Translations under genes and position numbers: made by a program
Assembly: GCA_035688805.1 (NCBI GenBank)
Contig: DASSMQ010000047.1
Span: forward strand, 9,135 to 73,134
Source: Candidatus Limnocylindrales bacterium
Lineage (GTDB): Bacteria; Chloroflexota; Limnocylindria; Limnocylindrales; CSP1-4
Direction of reading: 5' to 3'
Length of the DNA stretch: 64,000 nucleotides
Notes under the pieces: generated by a model
The model's database searches: none
What the model was told of the DNA's origin: nothing
The model's input: only the letters and a program-made list of their open reading frames with translations
Shown: one piece after another, positions 26,575 through 35,312 of the stretch
Numbering within the stretch: the first letter of the stretch is position 1
Layout: every line of letters starts with the position of its first letter

Positions 26575-26950
26575 GGGGATGCGTGGTTTCGACAGGGCTT
26601 GGCTGTCGGAGAGTGCGAGCCGAGGATGCTGCTCAGGCCTCGTTAATCAGGCAGCAAAACGAAGTACCTGGCAACCGCCAGTCGACTCTCGCCCTCGCCG
26701 CTTAGGCGGTAAGGTGAGCGTGGAAGCTACCTCCGCTCCGCGGGTAGTGGAAGCGTCATGCAGCGGGGCTGCGATCCGGATCAGCGTCGCGTAGTCCGGA
26801 GTCAAGCCCGATCTAGGGGCACGTGACTGGACCGTCCGGCAGGATGCCGATGTTCGTCCGGGCGGTCGACGACAAAGCATCGGACACGCTCGTAGTGGTC
26901 TCCGGCGAAGGGTCCTGGACGGGGAGTTCGACTCTCCCCCATCTCCACCA
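26575..26950 (+). ncRNA. ssrA: tmRNA (SsrA), one-piece
   Basis: 5' GGGGATGCGTGGTTTCGACAGGG pairs with 3' ...GGGGAGTTCGACTCTCCCCCATCTCCACCA. The acceptor stem GGGGATG/CATCTCC contains the G3-U pair, the T-arm is present and the 3' end is CCA. The tag reading frame is GGC AAC CGC CAG TCG ACT CTC GCC CTC GCC GCT TAG (26670-26705), encoding (A)GNRQSTLALAA. The exact resume codon is inferred. Confidence 0.93.
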
Positions 26951-27049
26951 ACGAGATGCCCGACCCCCTATCCTGAGCGAGTCGTCTCGCCGTCGTTCTG
27001 GCCGGACCCGCGCCAGTCCTGCGCACCCCCCCGTCATCCGGGAAGAGCC

Positions 27050-28870
27050 ATGGACCACGAGCCCGTTCTCATATCGACCATCGCCATCGGCCTGAGCGCC
27101 GCGTTCATCGGTGGTCTGATCGCTCGACGGCTAGGCCTTCCAGCCATCGTCGGCTACATCCTGGCCGGCGTCGCGATCGGCCCGTTCACGCCCGGCCTGA
27201 TCGCCGACACGTCGGTCGCCACCGAGCTCGCCGAGATCGGCGTGATCCTGCTGATGTTCGGGGTCGGCATCCACTTCTCGGTCCGTGACCTGCTCGCGGT
27301 CCGGTCGATCGCGGTGCCCGGCGCCATCGTCCAGACGATCGTCGCCGGACTGCTCGGCATCGGGCTGGGGGTCACCCTGGGTTGGCCCCCGGCCCAGGGG
27401 CTGGTCCTTGGGCTGGCCCTGTCGATCGCCAGCACGGTGGTGCTGCTGCGCACGCTGACCGACCGCAACGAGCTCGACACCGACCAGGGTCAGATCTCCG
27501 TCGGTTGGCTGATCGTCGAGGACCTCCTGGCGGTGCTGGTGCTCGTCCTGCTGCCGACATTGGCGCCGATCCTCACGGGCCAGGTCGACCCGGCCGTCGC
27601 CGGACCGGCCGCGCTCGGCGACGTCGCGCTCGCCTTGGGCAAAGCTGCGGCCTTTTCGATCTTGATGATCGTCGCCGGCGCTCGCCTCGTGCCGTGGTTG
27701 ATGCTGGTCGTCGCTCGCGAAGGATCTCGCGAGCTCTTCACCCTGGCCGTGCTGGCGATCGCCGTCGGCCTCGCCTTCGTGGCGTCGACCGTGTTCGGCG
27801 TGTCGTTCGCGCTTGGCGCGTTCCTGGCCGGCGCCGTCGTGAGCGAATCGGACATGAGCCACCAGGCCGCCGCCGATGCCCTCCCGTTGCGCGACGCCTT
27901 CGCCGTGCTTTTCTTCGTATCGGTCGGCATGCTGCTCGACCCGACCTACCTGCTGGCCGACCCGCTGCCGGTCCTGGCCGTGCTCGCGGTCATCGTCATC
28001 GGCAAGGCGCTCACGAAGCTCGCGGTCATGGCCGTTGCGGGCTACCCGCCGACCATCGCCCTCACCGTCGCCGCCGGGCTGGCCCAGGTCGGCGAATTCT
28101 CGTTCATCGTCGGGACGCTCGGTCGTCAGCTCGGACTGCTGCCGGACGCTGGTTATCAGCTGATCGTGGCCGGTGCCCTGCTCTCGATCGCCGTCAATCC
28201 AGTGCTGTTCGCCTTGATCCGTCCCATCGATCGGCGTGTGCGAGGCAATCCGGCCCTCATGGCCCTGCTCAACCGGCGGTCGGGCGACCTCGGTCGATTG
28301 ACGCGCGAGCAGCAGGACGGCAATCGACTGCACGCGATCATCTGCGGGTACGGCCGGGTGGGGCGGCTCATCGGGCCGGCCCTGGACCGACGTGGATTCC
28401 GCTACGTGGTCATCACCCAGCAGCGCGATGAGGTGGATCGCCTGCGACGAGGCGGCGGCGTCGCGATCTACGGGGATGCGGCCGACCCGGTCGTCCTGGG
28501 CATGGCCGGCATCGACCACGCCCGGGTCCTCGTCGTCGCGACGTCGGACCCCAGCGAGGCTCGCCTCATCGTCGAGCGAGCGCGCGCACTCAACGCCGGT
28601 GTCGATCTCGTGGTCCGCACGCACAGCGACACGGAAGCCGCGTTCCTCCAGAACCTCGGTGGCAAGGTCCAGGCCGTTCACGGCGAGCGTGAGCTGGCTG
28701 TCCAGATGGCCCGCTACGCCCTCCGCCGGTTCGGCATCAGCGCGACCGAGTCCGAGGCCATCGCCCAGGGCCTCCGCGGCCGGCCCTATGCGGCACCGGT
28801 GCAACGCCGTCTGCGACCGGGCGAGGTCGTCCGGGCCTGGCTCAGGCGCCTCAGCGACCGTCGATCGTGA
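27050..28870 (+). CDS. Kef-type cation:proton antiporter (CPA2) with a C-terminal RCK/TrkA-N domain
   Basis: 606 aa with an N-terminal polytopic Na_H_exchanger-like domain (GYILAGVAIGPF...), then the Rossmann motif IICGYGRVGRLIG. Confidence 0.85.
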   Translation: MDHEPVLISTIAIGLSAAFIGGLIARRLGLPAIVGYILAGVAIGPFTPGLIADTSVATELAEIGVILLMFGVGIHFSVRDLLAVRSIAVPGAIVQTIVAGLLGIGLGVTLGWPPAQGLVLGLALSIASTVVLLRTLTDRNELDTDQGQISVGWLIVEDLLAVLVLVLLPTLAPILTGQVDPAVAGPAALGDVALALGKAAAFSILMIVAGARLVPWLMLVVAREGSRELFTLAVLAIAVGLAFVASTVFGVSFALGAFLAGAVVSESDMSHQAAADALPLRDAFAVLFFVSVGMLLDPTYLLADPLPVLAVLAVIVIGKALTKLAVMAVAGYPPTIALTVAAGLAQVGEFSFIVGTLGRQLGLLPDAGYQLIVAGALLSIAVNPVLFALIRPIDRRVRGNPALMALLNRRSGDLGRLTREQQDGNRLHAIICGYGRVGRLIGPALDRRGFRYVVITQQRDEVDRLRRGGGVAIYGDAADPVVLGMAGIDHARVLVVATSDPSEARLIVERARALNAGVDLVVRTHSDTEAAFLQNLGGKVQAVHGERELAVQMARYALRRFGISATESEAIAQGLRGRPYAAPVQRRLRPGEVVRAWLRRLSDRRS

Positions 28871-28978
28871 TTCCCGTGCTCCGCGCGACGTCGGCCAGGT
28901 GGACGGCCGGGTTCGGAGCATGCTGAAGGCGCCCGGATCCGGACACCCGTACGGCCCGTCGTGGTCGGGGCGAGGAGT

Positions 28979-30055
28979 TCAGCCGCCTCGAGGCACCAGG
29001 ACGACCCGCCGATTCGGCTCCTCGCCGATCGACTGGGTCGCGACCCCCTCGTGGTCGCGAAGGGTCAGGTGGATCCAGCGTCGCTCAAGGGCAGGCATCG
29101 GCTCCAGCTGCAGCATCTTGCCGGTCTCCATGACCTTGGCAGCCGCGCGGTCCGCGAGTTCACGGAGCTGGCGCTCGCGCCGTCCGCGGTAGTCCTCGAC
29201 ATCGACCAGGACGCGGGTCCAGGATCCCATCTCCTTCGAGAGCATCAGGTTCACGAGGTGCTGCAGCGCCGACAGGCGCTCGCCCTTGCGACCGATCAGC
29301 GCCCCGAGCGACTCGCGATCGTCGCCCTGGGCGACCACGTTGAGCCGGCTCGTCTCGCCAGCGGCGACTTCGACCGTCGCCTCGAACCCGAGATGGCCCA
29401 TCACGGTCTCGAGGATGCGCTTGCCTGCTGCGAGGGCCTCGGGCGAGGCTTCGGCTGCTTCGAGATCCGCTCGTTCGGCGGCCAGGGAGCCTCGGGCCGC
29501 GGCGACCTCAGCCGCCTCGGAATCCGACACGTCCGACCCGCCGCGACGAGGGCCGCGGGCCGCGGCATCCGCGTCGCGCGGTCGGCGATCGTCCCGCCGT
29601 GGGCCGCGATCGTCCCGTCGAGGCCCGCGGTCCGGGCGGTCGTCGCGGCGGGGGCCGCGGTCGTCGCGGCGGGGGCCGCTGAAGCCGCGCTCGCCGAAGC
29701 TCCGCTCGTCGCGTGGCGCACGATCGTCGCGCGGCGGCCGATCCGGGCGGTCGTCGCGGCGGGGGCCACGATCGCCCTCATCGCGCCGCGGCCCGCGATC
29801 ACGATCGAATTCGCGAGCCGGCGGCCGCGGTAGCGGCACCGCCGCCGCCGCTTCCCGCTTCGGAGCCGCCCCGCCGAGCGCCTGGCGCGGAGCCGCGACG
29901 ATGCGGGCCGGTTCGGCACCCATCCCCAGGACCCCACGGCTGCCCGGCGTCAGGATCTCGAAGTCGAGGTCGTTGAGCTCGGCCCCGAACTCGTCCCGTG
30001 CGGCCTTGAGCGCCTCCTCGACGGTCTTGCCGGTGAATTCCTTGTACGCACTCAT
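28979..30055 (-). CDS. khpB: Jag/KhpB RNA-binding protein (Jag_N, KH and R3H) with an expanded Arg/Asp repeat linker
   Basis: N-terminus [25 protein letters not shown]-terminal KH/R3H region ([19 protein letters not shown]...[16 protein letters not shown]). Lies last in the rpmH-rnpA-yidD-yidC operon. Confidence 0.85.
   Translation of the reverse strand: MSAYKEFTGKTVEEALKAARDEFGAELNDLDFEILTPGSRGVLGMGAEPARIVAAPRQALGGAAPKREAAAAVPLPRPPAREFDRDRGPRRDEGDRGPRRDDRPDRPPRDDRAPRDERSFGERGFSGPRRDDRGPRRDDRPDRGPRRDDRGPRRDDRRPRDADAAARGPRRGGSDVSDSEAAEVAAARGSLAAERADLEAAEASPEALAAGKRILETVMGHLGFEATVEVAAGETSRLNVVAQGDDRESLGALIGRKGERLSALQHLVNLMLSKEMGSWTRVLVDVEDYRGRRERQLRELADRAAAKVMETGKMLQLEPMPALERRWIHLTLRDHEGVATQSIGEEPNRRVVLVPRGG
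29530..29830 (-). repeat. In-frame tandem repeat inside jag encoding GPRRDDR-type repeats
   Basis: GGTCGTCGCGGCGGGGGCC recurs at about 29639, 29660 and 29749, with degenerate copies around them. The protein reads [18 protein letters not shown]...[35 protein letters not shown]. Confidence 0.7.
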
Positions 30056-30057
30056 GG

Positions 30058-31293
30058 TCAGCGTCGTCTCCCTCGTCGGCCCTGGCGTCCGCGCTCGCGG
30101 GGGCGGATCGTCCGGTCGGCCGTCGTCTTCTTCTCAGCGTCGGTCAGGATGGCCGCTCGCTTGCTCGGTTCTGGCGGTGGGGGCATCGAAACCGGGAATC
30201 GGGGGGTGTGGTCCGTGGCGAACGCCGGCGTCCAGCCGAACAGCGGGAACATCGACCCCCAGCCGACGATCAGGTACTGCTGGATGATCGAGAACACCGT
30301 CGCGACGATCCAGTAGATGAACAGACCAGCCGGCAGGAAGCCGCCGTACACCACCGAGATCAACGGCAGGACCAGCATCATCTGGCGCTGCACGCGCGCA
30401 TTGGGGTCGGTGTTGTCGGGGTCGGCTGGGGGCAGCATCATCCTGGACTGGACGAGCTGCAGCAGCGCCGAAGCGATGGCCAGAGCGGATAGTCCGAAGC
30501 CGGCGATCCACAGGAACGCCTGGGCGTGGGCCATATTGCCGAGCAGTGGGACGTCCGCGTCGACGCAGGTCCGCGTGGCGTCGATGACCCCGTTCACGAG
30601 GTTGTGGCACTTCAGGTCGACGAGCTGGACCCCGAAAACGTTCAACATGGCCCGCGGGTCCTGGTTGGTCAGTCCGTTCTGGATGACCGAATACATGATG
30701 AACAGCAGGGGCAGCTGGAGCAGCAAGGGCAGGCAGCCGGCGAGGACGTTGACGCCGCGTTCCCGCATGAGCTCCTGCTGGGCGACGCGGGCCTTCATCG
30801 AGTCGCCCTTGTAGCGCCGTTGGATCTCGCGCAACTCCGGCTGCAGCAGCTGCATCCGTCGCTGCGAGACGAGCTGCTTGCGGTAGAGCGGGATGAGCAC
30901 GGCCCGGACGATGAGGGTCAGCACCACGATCGCCCAGGCGATGGCCCCCGGGACCCCGACGTTCTCGAGGAACTGGTAGATGGCGATCATGATCACGAAC
31001 ATGGCCTGGAAGACGGGCGTGAAGAGCCAGGCCAGGAGGCTGATCGGATCGGCGCCTGGAGGGGCCGGCGTCAGCGGTGGGTGCGGGCTTGCCGATGCCG
31101 GTGCGCCTGATCCGCCGCCCGACGACCCCGGCACGCAGGCAGCCACGATCACCAACGACAGGACGATCAGCGCGAACGGCGCCAGGCGCTCCAGGCGACC
31201 CGCCGGCGTCGCGGCCTCGGCGTGCTCCGGCCTCATGCGTGCCACCGACCTCACGGGCTCGGCCAGGCGCTCATCGGACCGGGTCATAGCCAC
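30058..31293 (-). CDS. yidC: Membrane protein insertase YidC
   Basis: [31 protein letters not shown]...[16 protein letters not shown] and polytopic C-terminal TM segments. The start is uncertain: the ORF overlaps yidD by 23 nt if 31293 is used, and an alternative ATG lies at 31236. Confidence 0.9.
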   Translation of the reverse strand: MAMTRSDERLAEPVRSVARMRPEHAEAATPAGRLERLAPFALIVLSLVIVAACVPGSSGGGSGAPASASPHPPLTPAPPGADPISLLAWLFTPVFQAMFVIMIAIYQFLENVGVPGAIAWAIVVLTLIVRAVLIPLYRKQLVSQRRMQLLQPELREIQRRYKGDSMKARVAQQELMRERGVNVLAGCLPLLLQLPLLFIMYSVIQNGLTNQDPRAMLNVFGVQLVDLKCHNLVNGVIDATRTCVDADVPLLGNMAHAQAFLWIAGFGLSALAIASALLQLVQSRMMLPPADPDNTDPNARVQRQMMLVLPLISVVYGGFLPAGLFIYWIVATVFSIIQQYLIVGWGSMFPLFGWTPAFATDHTPRFPVSMPPPPEPSKRAAILTDAEKKTTADRTIRPRERGRQGRRGRRR

Positions 31294-31477
31294 CCGGGTT
31301 CCAGGGATGACATCGCGCGATCCGTTTGGCGCCCATCCAGCTCCCCTTGATCAGTCCGTACTTCTCGATGGCCTGTTCGGTGTAGCGCGAACAGGTCGGT
31401 TCGAAGCGGCACGACGGAGGCAGCCAGGCGAAGACGACGCGGTAGAGCCTGATGAGCCCGATCCCGATCCCCTTCAT
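31271..31477 (-). CDS. yidD: Membrane protein insertion efficiency factor YidD
   Basis: [60 protein letters not shown] is the characteristic YidD sequence. Confidence 0.92.
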   Translation of the reverse strand: MKGIGIGLIRLYRVVFAWLPPSCRFEPTCSRYTEQAIEKYGLIKGSWMGAKRIARCHPWNPGGYDPVR

Positions 31478-31806
31478 CGACTGGTCCCTCCGAGGACGCC
31501 GCCCCGCACGAGTGTCCGGTGCAACGCTCCGACCAGCGCGTCGTGGTCGGCCTTGACGATCGGCGGCCGGGCGATGATGAGGACGTCCCAGCCGGGCTGG
31601 AACGAGGGCGCCATCACCCTGAGCACCTCGCGGATCCGACGGCGGACCCGGTTCCGGACGACCGCCCCGCCGAGGCGGCGCCCGGTCGAGAGCCCGAAGC
31701 GGGTCGTCTCGAGGTCGGTCCGCAGGAACCTGGCGGACAGCAGGGCGTGGGTGCGGGTGGCACCCGTGGCCTGGATCGCCGCGAAGTCCTGCGGTCGGGA
31801 GAGCAT
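31474..31806 (-). CDS. rnpA: RNase P protein component
   Basis: Only the last 110 codons of the 959-aa track ORF look real: [15 protein letters not shown]...[26 protein letters not shown] (the RNR motif). Lies directly downstream of rpmH. The start could be ATG 31806 or GTG 31809. Confidence 0.85.
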   Translation of the reverse strand: MLSRPQDFAAIQATGATRTHALLSARFLRTDLETTRFGLSTGRRLGGAVVRNRVRRRIREVLRVMAPSFQPGWDVLIIARPPIVKADHDALVGALHRTLVRGGVLGGTSR

Positions 31807-31841
31807 CACCAGCCGCGGCGTCGGGTTGCCGCGCCCGGCGG

Positions 31842-31976
31842 TCAGACTGTCAGCCGCTTCCGACCTCGAGCCCGGCGAGTGGCAAGGACGCGTCGACCCG
31901 CGGTCGTCTTCATCCGGGCCCGGAACCCATGCTCCTTGGCGCGATGCCGCTTCTTGGGCTGATAGGTCTGCTTCAT
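31842..31976 (-). CDS. rpmH: 50S ribosomal protein L34
   Basis: Too short for the ORF track. My translation is [44 protein letters not shown], followed by a stop. Confidence 0.93.
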   Translation of the reverse strand: MKQTYQPKKRHRAKEHGFRARMKTTAGRRVLATRRARGRKRLTV

Positions 31977-32421
31977 GCGGACGGTCCTGTGATCCTCTCG
32001 ATCCGACCTCGGGGACGGTCGTTCCGTCTTCTCCTAGAGGCACGCAGACGCGCCGGTGCCACTCATGGACACATGGCGCGTCGTCGTCCGGGGGATGATA
32101 GGTCGGCGTTCGAAAGGGTGTCAAACGAGAACGGCCGTTCCGCGAGGCGGCCGCCGAGGCGGTCCAGCGTGGATACCCCCGGGGAGTATGCGCGAATCGC
32201 CTTGCGAGGGCGTCGCGGCCGGTGCTATCCTCTCCGGGCCCTCGGCGCCGGAGACGTTCGCGGGAGACGCCAGCAAGCCTCTGGAGGAGGTCAGGCAGCG
32301 GTCGTCCGGCTCCGTCGGACCGACGTCGGATCGGACGTTCCCGTCGCCCCCTGCCCCCGTCGCCACGTCGGCGTCCGTACTCATCTATCCGTATCGACTG
32401 TACGCAGGTCCCATCGAACGA

Positions 32422-33807
32422 ATGGACGCGAAGCAGGTCTGGCGAGCCGCCCTCGGGGAGCTCCAGGTTTCCCTCTCGCCGGCCAACTACGAGACGTGGC
32501 TGCGTGACACGCGGCTGGTCGACGTCGACGAACAACGCTTCCGCATCGCCGTCCCGAACGGCTTCGCGAAGGACTGGCTGGAGTCTCGATACCGGTCGCT
32601 GATCAGCCAGACCCTGGCCCGGATCGTCGGCTACAGCGTCCAGGTCGAATTCGTCGTCGGGCCGTCGGATGGCGCCGACCCCGAGCCGGCGACCGCGGGC
32701 GATCCGGCCGCCCTGGCAGCAACAAGCTCCAACGGCCAGCACGTCCGCGTCGAACCCAGCCGGGTCGGCGGCGAGGGCGGTGCGACCAACCTCAACCCGC
32801 GCTACACGTTCTCGAACTTCATCGTCGGATCGGCCAACCGGCTCGGCCACGCCGCCAGCCTGTCGGTCGCGGAGCGGCCGGGGCACGCCTACAACCCGCT
32901 GTTCCTGTATGGCGGCGTCGGCCTGGGCAAAACCCACCTGATGCATGCCATCGGGAACCAGGTCATGGCCCGCTTTCCGCGCAAGCGGGTCGTCTACGCC
33001 ACGTCCGAGAAGTTCACCAATGAGTTCATCACCAGCATCCAGCAGGGCAAGATCGACGAATTCCGCGGCCGCTATCGGCGCATCGACCTGCTGCTCATCG
33101 ACGACATCCAGTTCATCGCGGACAAGGAACGGACCCAGGAGGAGTTCTTCCACACGTTCAACGCGATCCACGAGGATGGCAAGCAGATCGTGCTGTCGTC
33201 CGATCGACCGCCGAAGGCCATCCTCACCCTCGAGGAGCGGCTGCGCAGTCGGTTCGAATGGGGCCTCATCGCCGACCTGACCGCGCCGGACCTCGAGACG
33301 CGCATCGCCATCCTGCGCGCCAAGGCCGAGGAGGGAGCGGTCCCGATCACGTCCGACGTCGTGGAATTCATCGCGCGCAAGGTCGTATCGAACATCCGGG
33401 AACTCGAAGGCGCGCTCAATCGCATCGTCGCCTTCGCGAGCATGGGCGCGACGCCGATCAGCATCGAGCTCGCGCAGGCGGTCCTCTCCAACGTCCTCTA
33501 CAACCCGAAGAAACGCCAGGTCACCCCTGAGCGCATCGCGCGCGCCGTGTCCGACTACTACAGTGTCCCGATGGACGCCCTCCAGGGCCAGAAGCGCGAC
33601 AAGGCGATCGTCATGCCGCGGCAGATCGCCATGTTCCTGATGCGCGAGGAGACCGACGTGTCCCTCCTGCGCATCGGCGCCGAGCTCGGTGGCCGCGACC
33701 ATTCGACCGTGCTCCACGCCTGCGACAAGATCTCGCGCGAGGTGGCCAATAACGACGAGCTCCGCCGGGAGATCGCCGCCGTGCGGGAGCTCATCTACGC
33801 CGAGTGA
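32422..33807 (+). CDS. dnaA: Chromosomal replication initiator DnaA
   Basis: ATG at 32422 gives MDAKQVWRAALGELQVSLSPANYETWL, a typical domain I. Also Walker A GGVGLGKTHL, IDDIQF, and the domain IV sequence HSTVLHACDKI. The upstream 122 codons of the track ORF are Arg/Gly/Pro-rich and unlikely to be coding. Confidence 0.95.
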   Translation: MDAKQVWRAALGELQVSLSPANYETWLRDTRLVDVDEQRFRIAVPNGFAKDWLESRYRSLISQTLARIVGYSVQVEFVVGPSDGADPEPATAGDPAALAATSSNGQHVRVEPSRVGGEGGATNLNPRYTFSNFIVGSANRLGHAASLSVAERPGHAYNPLFLYGGVGLGKTHLMHAIGNQVMARFPRKRVVYATSEKFTNEFITSIQQGKIDEFRGRYRRIDLLLIDDIQFIADKERTQEEFFHTFNAIHEDGKQIVLSSDRPPKAILTLEERLRSRFEWGLIADLTAPDLETRIAILRAKAEEGAVPITSDVVEFIARKVVSNIRELEGALNRIVAFASMGATPISIELAQAVLSNVLYNPKKRQVTPERIARAVSDYYSVPMDALQGQKRDKAIVMPRQIAMFLMREETDVSLLRIGAELGGRDHSTVLHACDKISREVANNDELRREIAAVRELIYAE

Positions 33808-34192
33808 CCGGCGACCGACGTTGACGACGGGTCCTGGACGGTGGGGGCGGCGTGGACGACCGACCGTCGCACTGTGGATGCGGCAGCGACCCCACGACGC
33901 TCCCGTTTCGGACCGATCAGTCGTCCCCAGTCCATCGACATCCGCGTCCCCGGAAATGGCCCGTCGTCCACACACCGGACGTGGCCATGCACCCTCGTCG
34001 GCCGCACGTCGGAGCGTGGTCGTCCACCGACTCCACACCATGACTACGGTGATGACGGAGTGAGAAGATAGAGAGAAGATACCCACGACCTGACGCGACC
34101 CGGTCGGGCTCGCTCGCGGACGACCATCGTCCGCCCCGACCTCCCGTCCACCGACACGGGTCCGGGCGATCACGAGATGGAGTGAACCCGAC
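33808..34192. other. Candidate oriC (dnaA-dnaN intergenic region)
   Basis: 385-bp non-coding gap with several high-GC-type DnaA-box-like 9-mers compared with TTGTCCACA: TCGTCCACA (33964-33972, 8/9), TCGTCCACC (34020-34028), GACTCCACA (34029-34037), CGTGGACGA (33851-33859, reverse) and TGTGGATGC (33873-33881, reverse). The only locally A/T-richer stretch is GAGAAGATAGAGAGAAGATAC (about 34062-34082). Confidence 0.45.
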
Positions 34193-35311
34193 GTGAGACT
34201 CTCGGTCATGCAGGAGAACCTGGCACGCGGGCTGTCCGTCGTGAGCCGGGCGGTCTCCAGCCGAAGCACGCTCCCGGTGCTCGCCAACGTGCTGCTCAAG
34301 ACCGAGGACGGCGGGCTCAAGCTGACCGCCACCAACCTCGAGATCGGCATCACCTACTGGGTCCCCGGCAAGATCGACGAGGACGGGTCGACCACCGTGC
34401 CCGCTCGGCTCCTGACCGATCTCGTCAATTCGCTGCCGGCCGGCGACAAGGTCGAGCTCGAAGTCGGGACGGGTGACGACCTGCGGCTGAAGGCGGGCCG
34501 CTTCCAGACCCACATCAAGGGCATCGACGCCGAGGAGTTCCCGGCCATCCAGACCGCCGGCGACCGGCCGACCACCCGGATCGCTCAGAACGTGTTGCGG
34601 AGGGCCCTGGCCGAGACGGCCTTCGCGGCGGCCAGCGATGAGGCGCGTCCGATCCTGACCGGCGTCCTGGCCCGCTTCGAGGGTGATCAGCTCACGCTGG
34701 CGGCGGCCGACAACTATCGGATCGCGGTCAAGACCGTCCCGATCCTCGATCCCGTGCCGGAGACCAGTGTGGTCATCCCGGCGCGCGCCCTCAATGAGCT
34801 GGCTCGCGTCCTGGCCGACATCGACGACCCGGTCGAGGTGATGCTCGCGGCCGGCCGGAACCAGATCCTGTTCCACCTCGATGGGATCGACCTCGTCAGC
34901 CGCCTTATCGATGGGCAGTTCCCGAACTACCAGCAGGTGATGCCCCAGGCCCATGCGACCCGCGCGGTGCTCGATCGCGAGGAGTTGCTGCGGGCGGTCC
35001 GCCCGGCGGCGCTGATCGCCCATGAATCGGCCAACATCGTGAAGCTCCAGATCGGTGGCGATGGCGACTCCGGCGTCACGGTGAGCGCCAATGCCGAGGT
35101 CGGCGACCATGTCGGCCAGGTCGAGGCCGCGGTCGAGGGCGACGGCACGACGATCGCCTTCAACGCGCGCTATCTGGCCGACGTGCTGACGAACGTGTCT
35201 GCCGACCAGTTCGCGCTGGAGCTCAACGGGCCGCTCTCCCCCGGCGTGTTCAAGCCGGTCGGCGACGACCGCTATGTCCACGTCGTGATGCCCGTCCGGA
35301 CGACCTCGTAG
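34193..35311 (+). CDS. dnaN: DNA polymerase III beta sliding clamp
   Basis: 372 aa with LSVVSRAVSSRSTLPVLANVLL, NLEIGI, ARPILTGVL, DGQFPNYQQV and the end MPVR. Confidence 0.95.
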   Translation: MRLSVMQENLARGLSVVSRAVSSRSTLPVLANVLLKTEDGGLKLTATNLEIGITYWVPGKIDEDGSTTVPARLLTDLVNSLPAGDKVELEVGTGDDLRLKAGRFQTHIKGIDAEEFPAIQTAGDRPTTRIAQNVLRRALAETAFAAASDEARPILTGVLARFEGDQLTLAAADNYRIAVKTVPILDPVPETSVVIPARALNELARVLADIDDPVEVMLAAGRNQILFHLDGIDLVSRLIDGQFPNYQQVMPQAHATRAVLDREELLRAVRPAALIAHESANIVKLQIGGDGDSGVTVSANAEVGDHVGQVEAAVEGDGTTIAFNARYLADVLTNVSADQFALELNGPLSPGVFKPVGDDRYVHVVMPVRTTS

Positions 35312-35312
35312 C

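Noticed and set aside
26950-27050. Possible genomic island integrated at the tmRNA 3' end
   Set aside because: The next gene is an ordinary Kef-type antiporter 100 bp away. I saw no integrase, no duplicated tmRNA 3' segment and no compositional change.
28870-28979. Short palindromes (CCGGATCCGG, AGCATGCT) between the convergent kef-like and jag genes as terminators
   Set aside because: The stems are short, there is no U-tract, and such palindromes are expected by chance in GC-rich sequence.
29530-29830. Tandem 21-bp repeats that might look like a small CRISPR-like or minisatellite array
   Set aside because: The repeats are contiguous with no unique spacers. They are in frame inside jag and encode GPRRDDR units. 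No cas genes are present.
32056-32421. 122-codon N-terminal extension of dnaA suggested by the ORF track
   Set aside because: The extension is Arg/Gly/Pro-rich and unlike DnaA domain I. The canonical N-terminus (MDAKQVWRAALGEL...) begins at the ATG at 32422.
31977-32421. rpmH-dnaA spacer as oriC
   Set aside because: I found only weak DnaA-box matches by eye (best is CGTGGATAC, 7/9 to the E. coli-type box) and no A/T-rich patch. The dnaA-dnaN spacer is the better candidate. This region may still hold dnaA autoregulatory boxes.
31474-34353. 959-aa minus-strand ORF spanning the rpmH-dnaA spacer and running antisense to all of dnaA
   Set aside because: Only its last 110 codons match RnpA. The rest is Arg/Gly/Pro/Asp-rich with no recognisable domains, and it lies opposite a clear dnaA. 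This is a typical open antisense frame in high-GC DNA.
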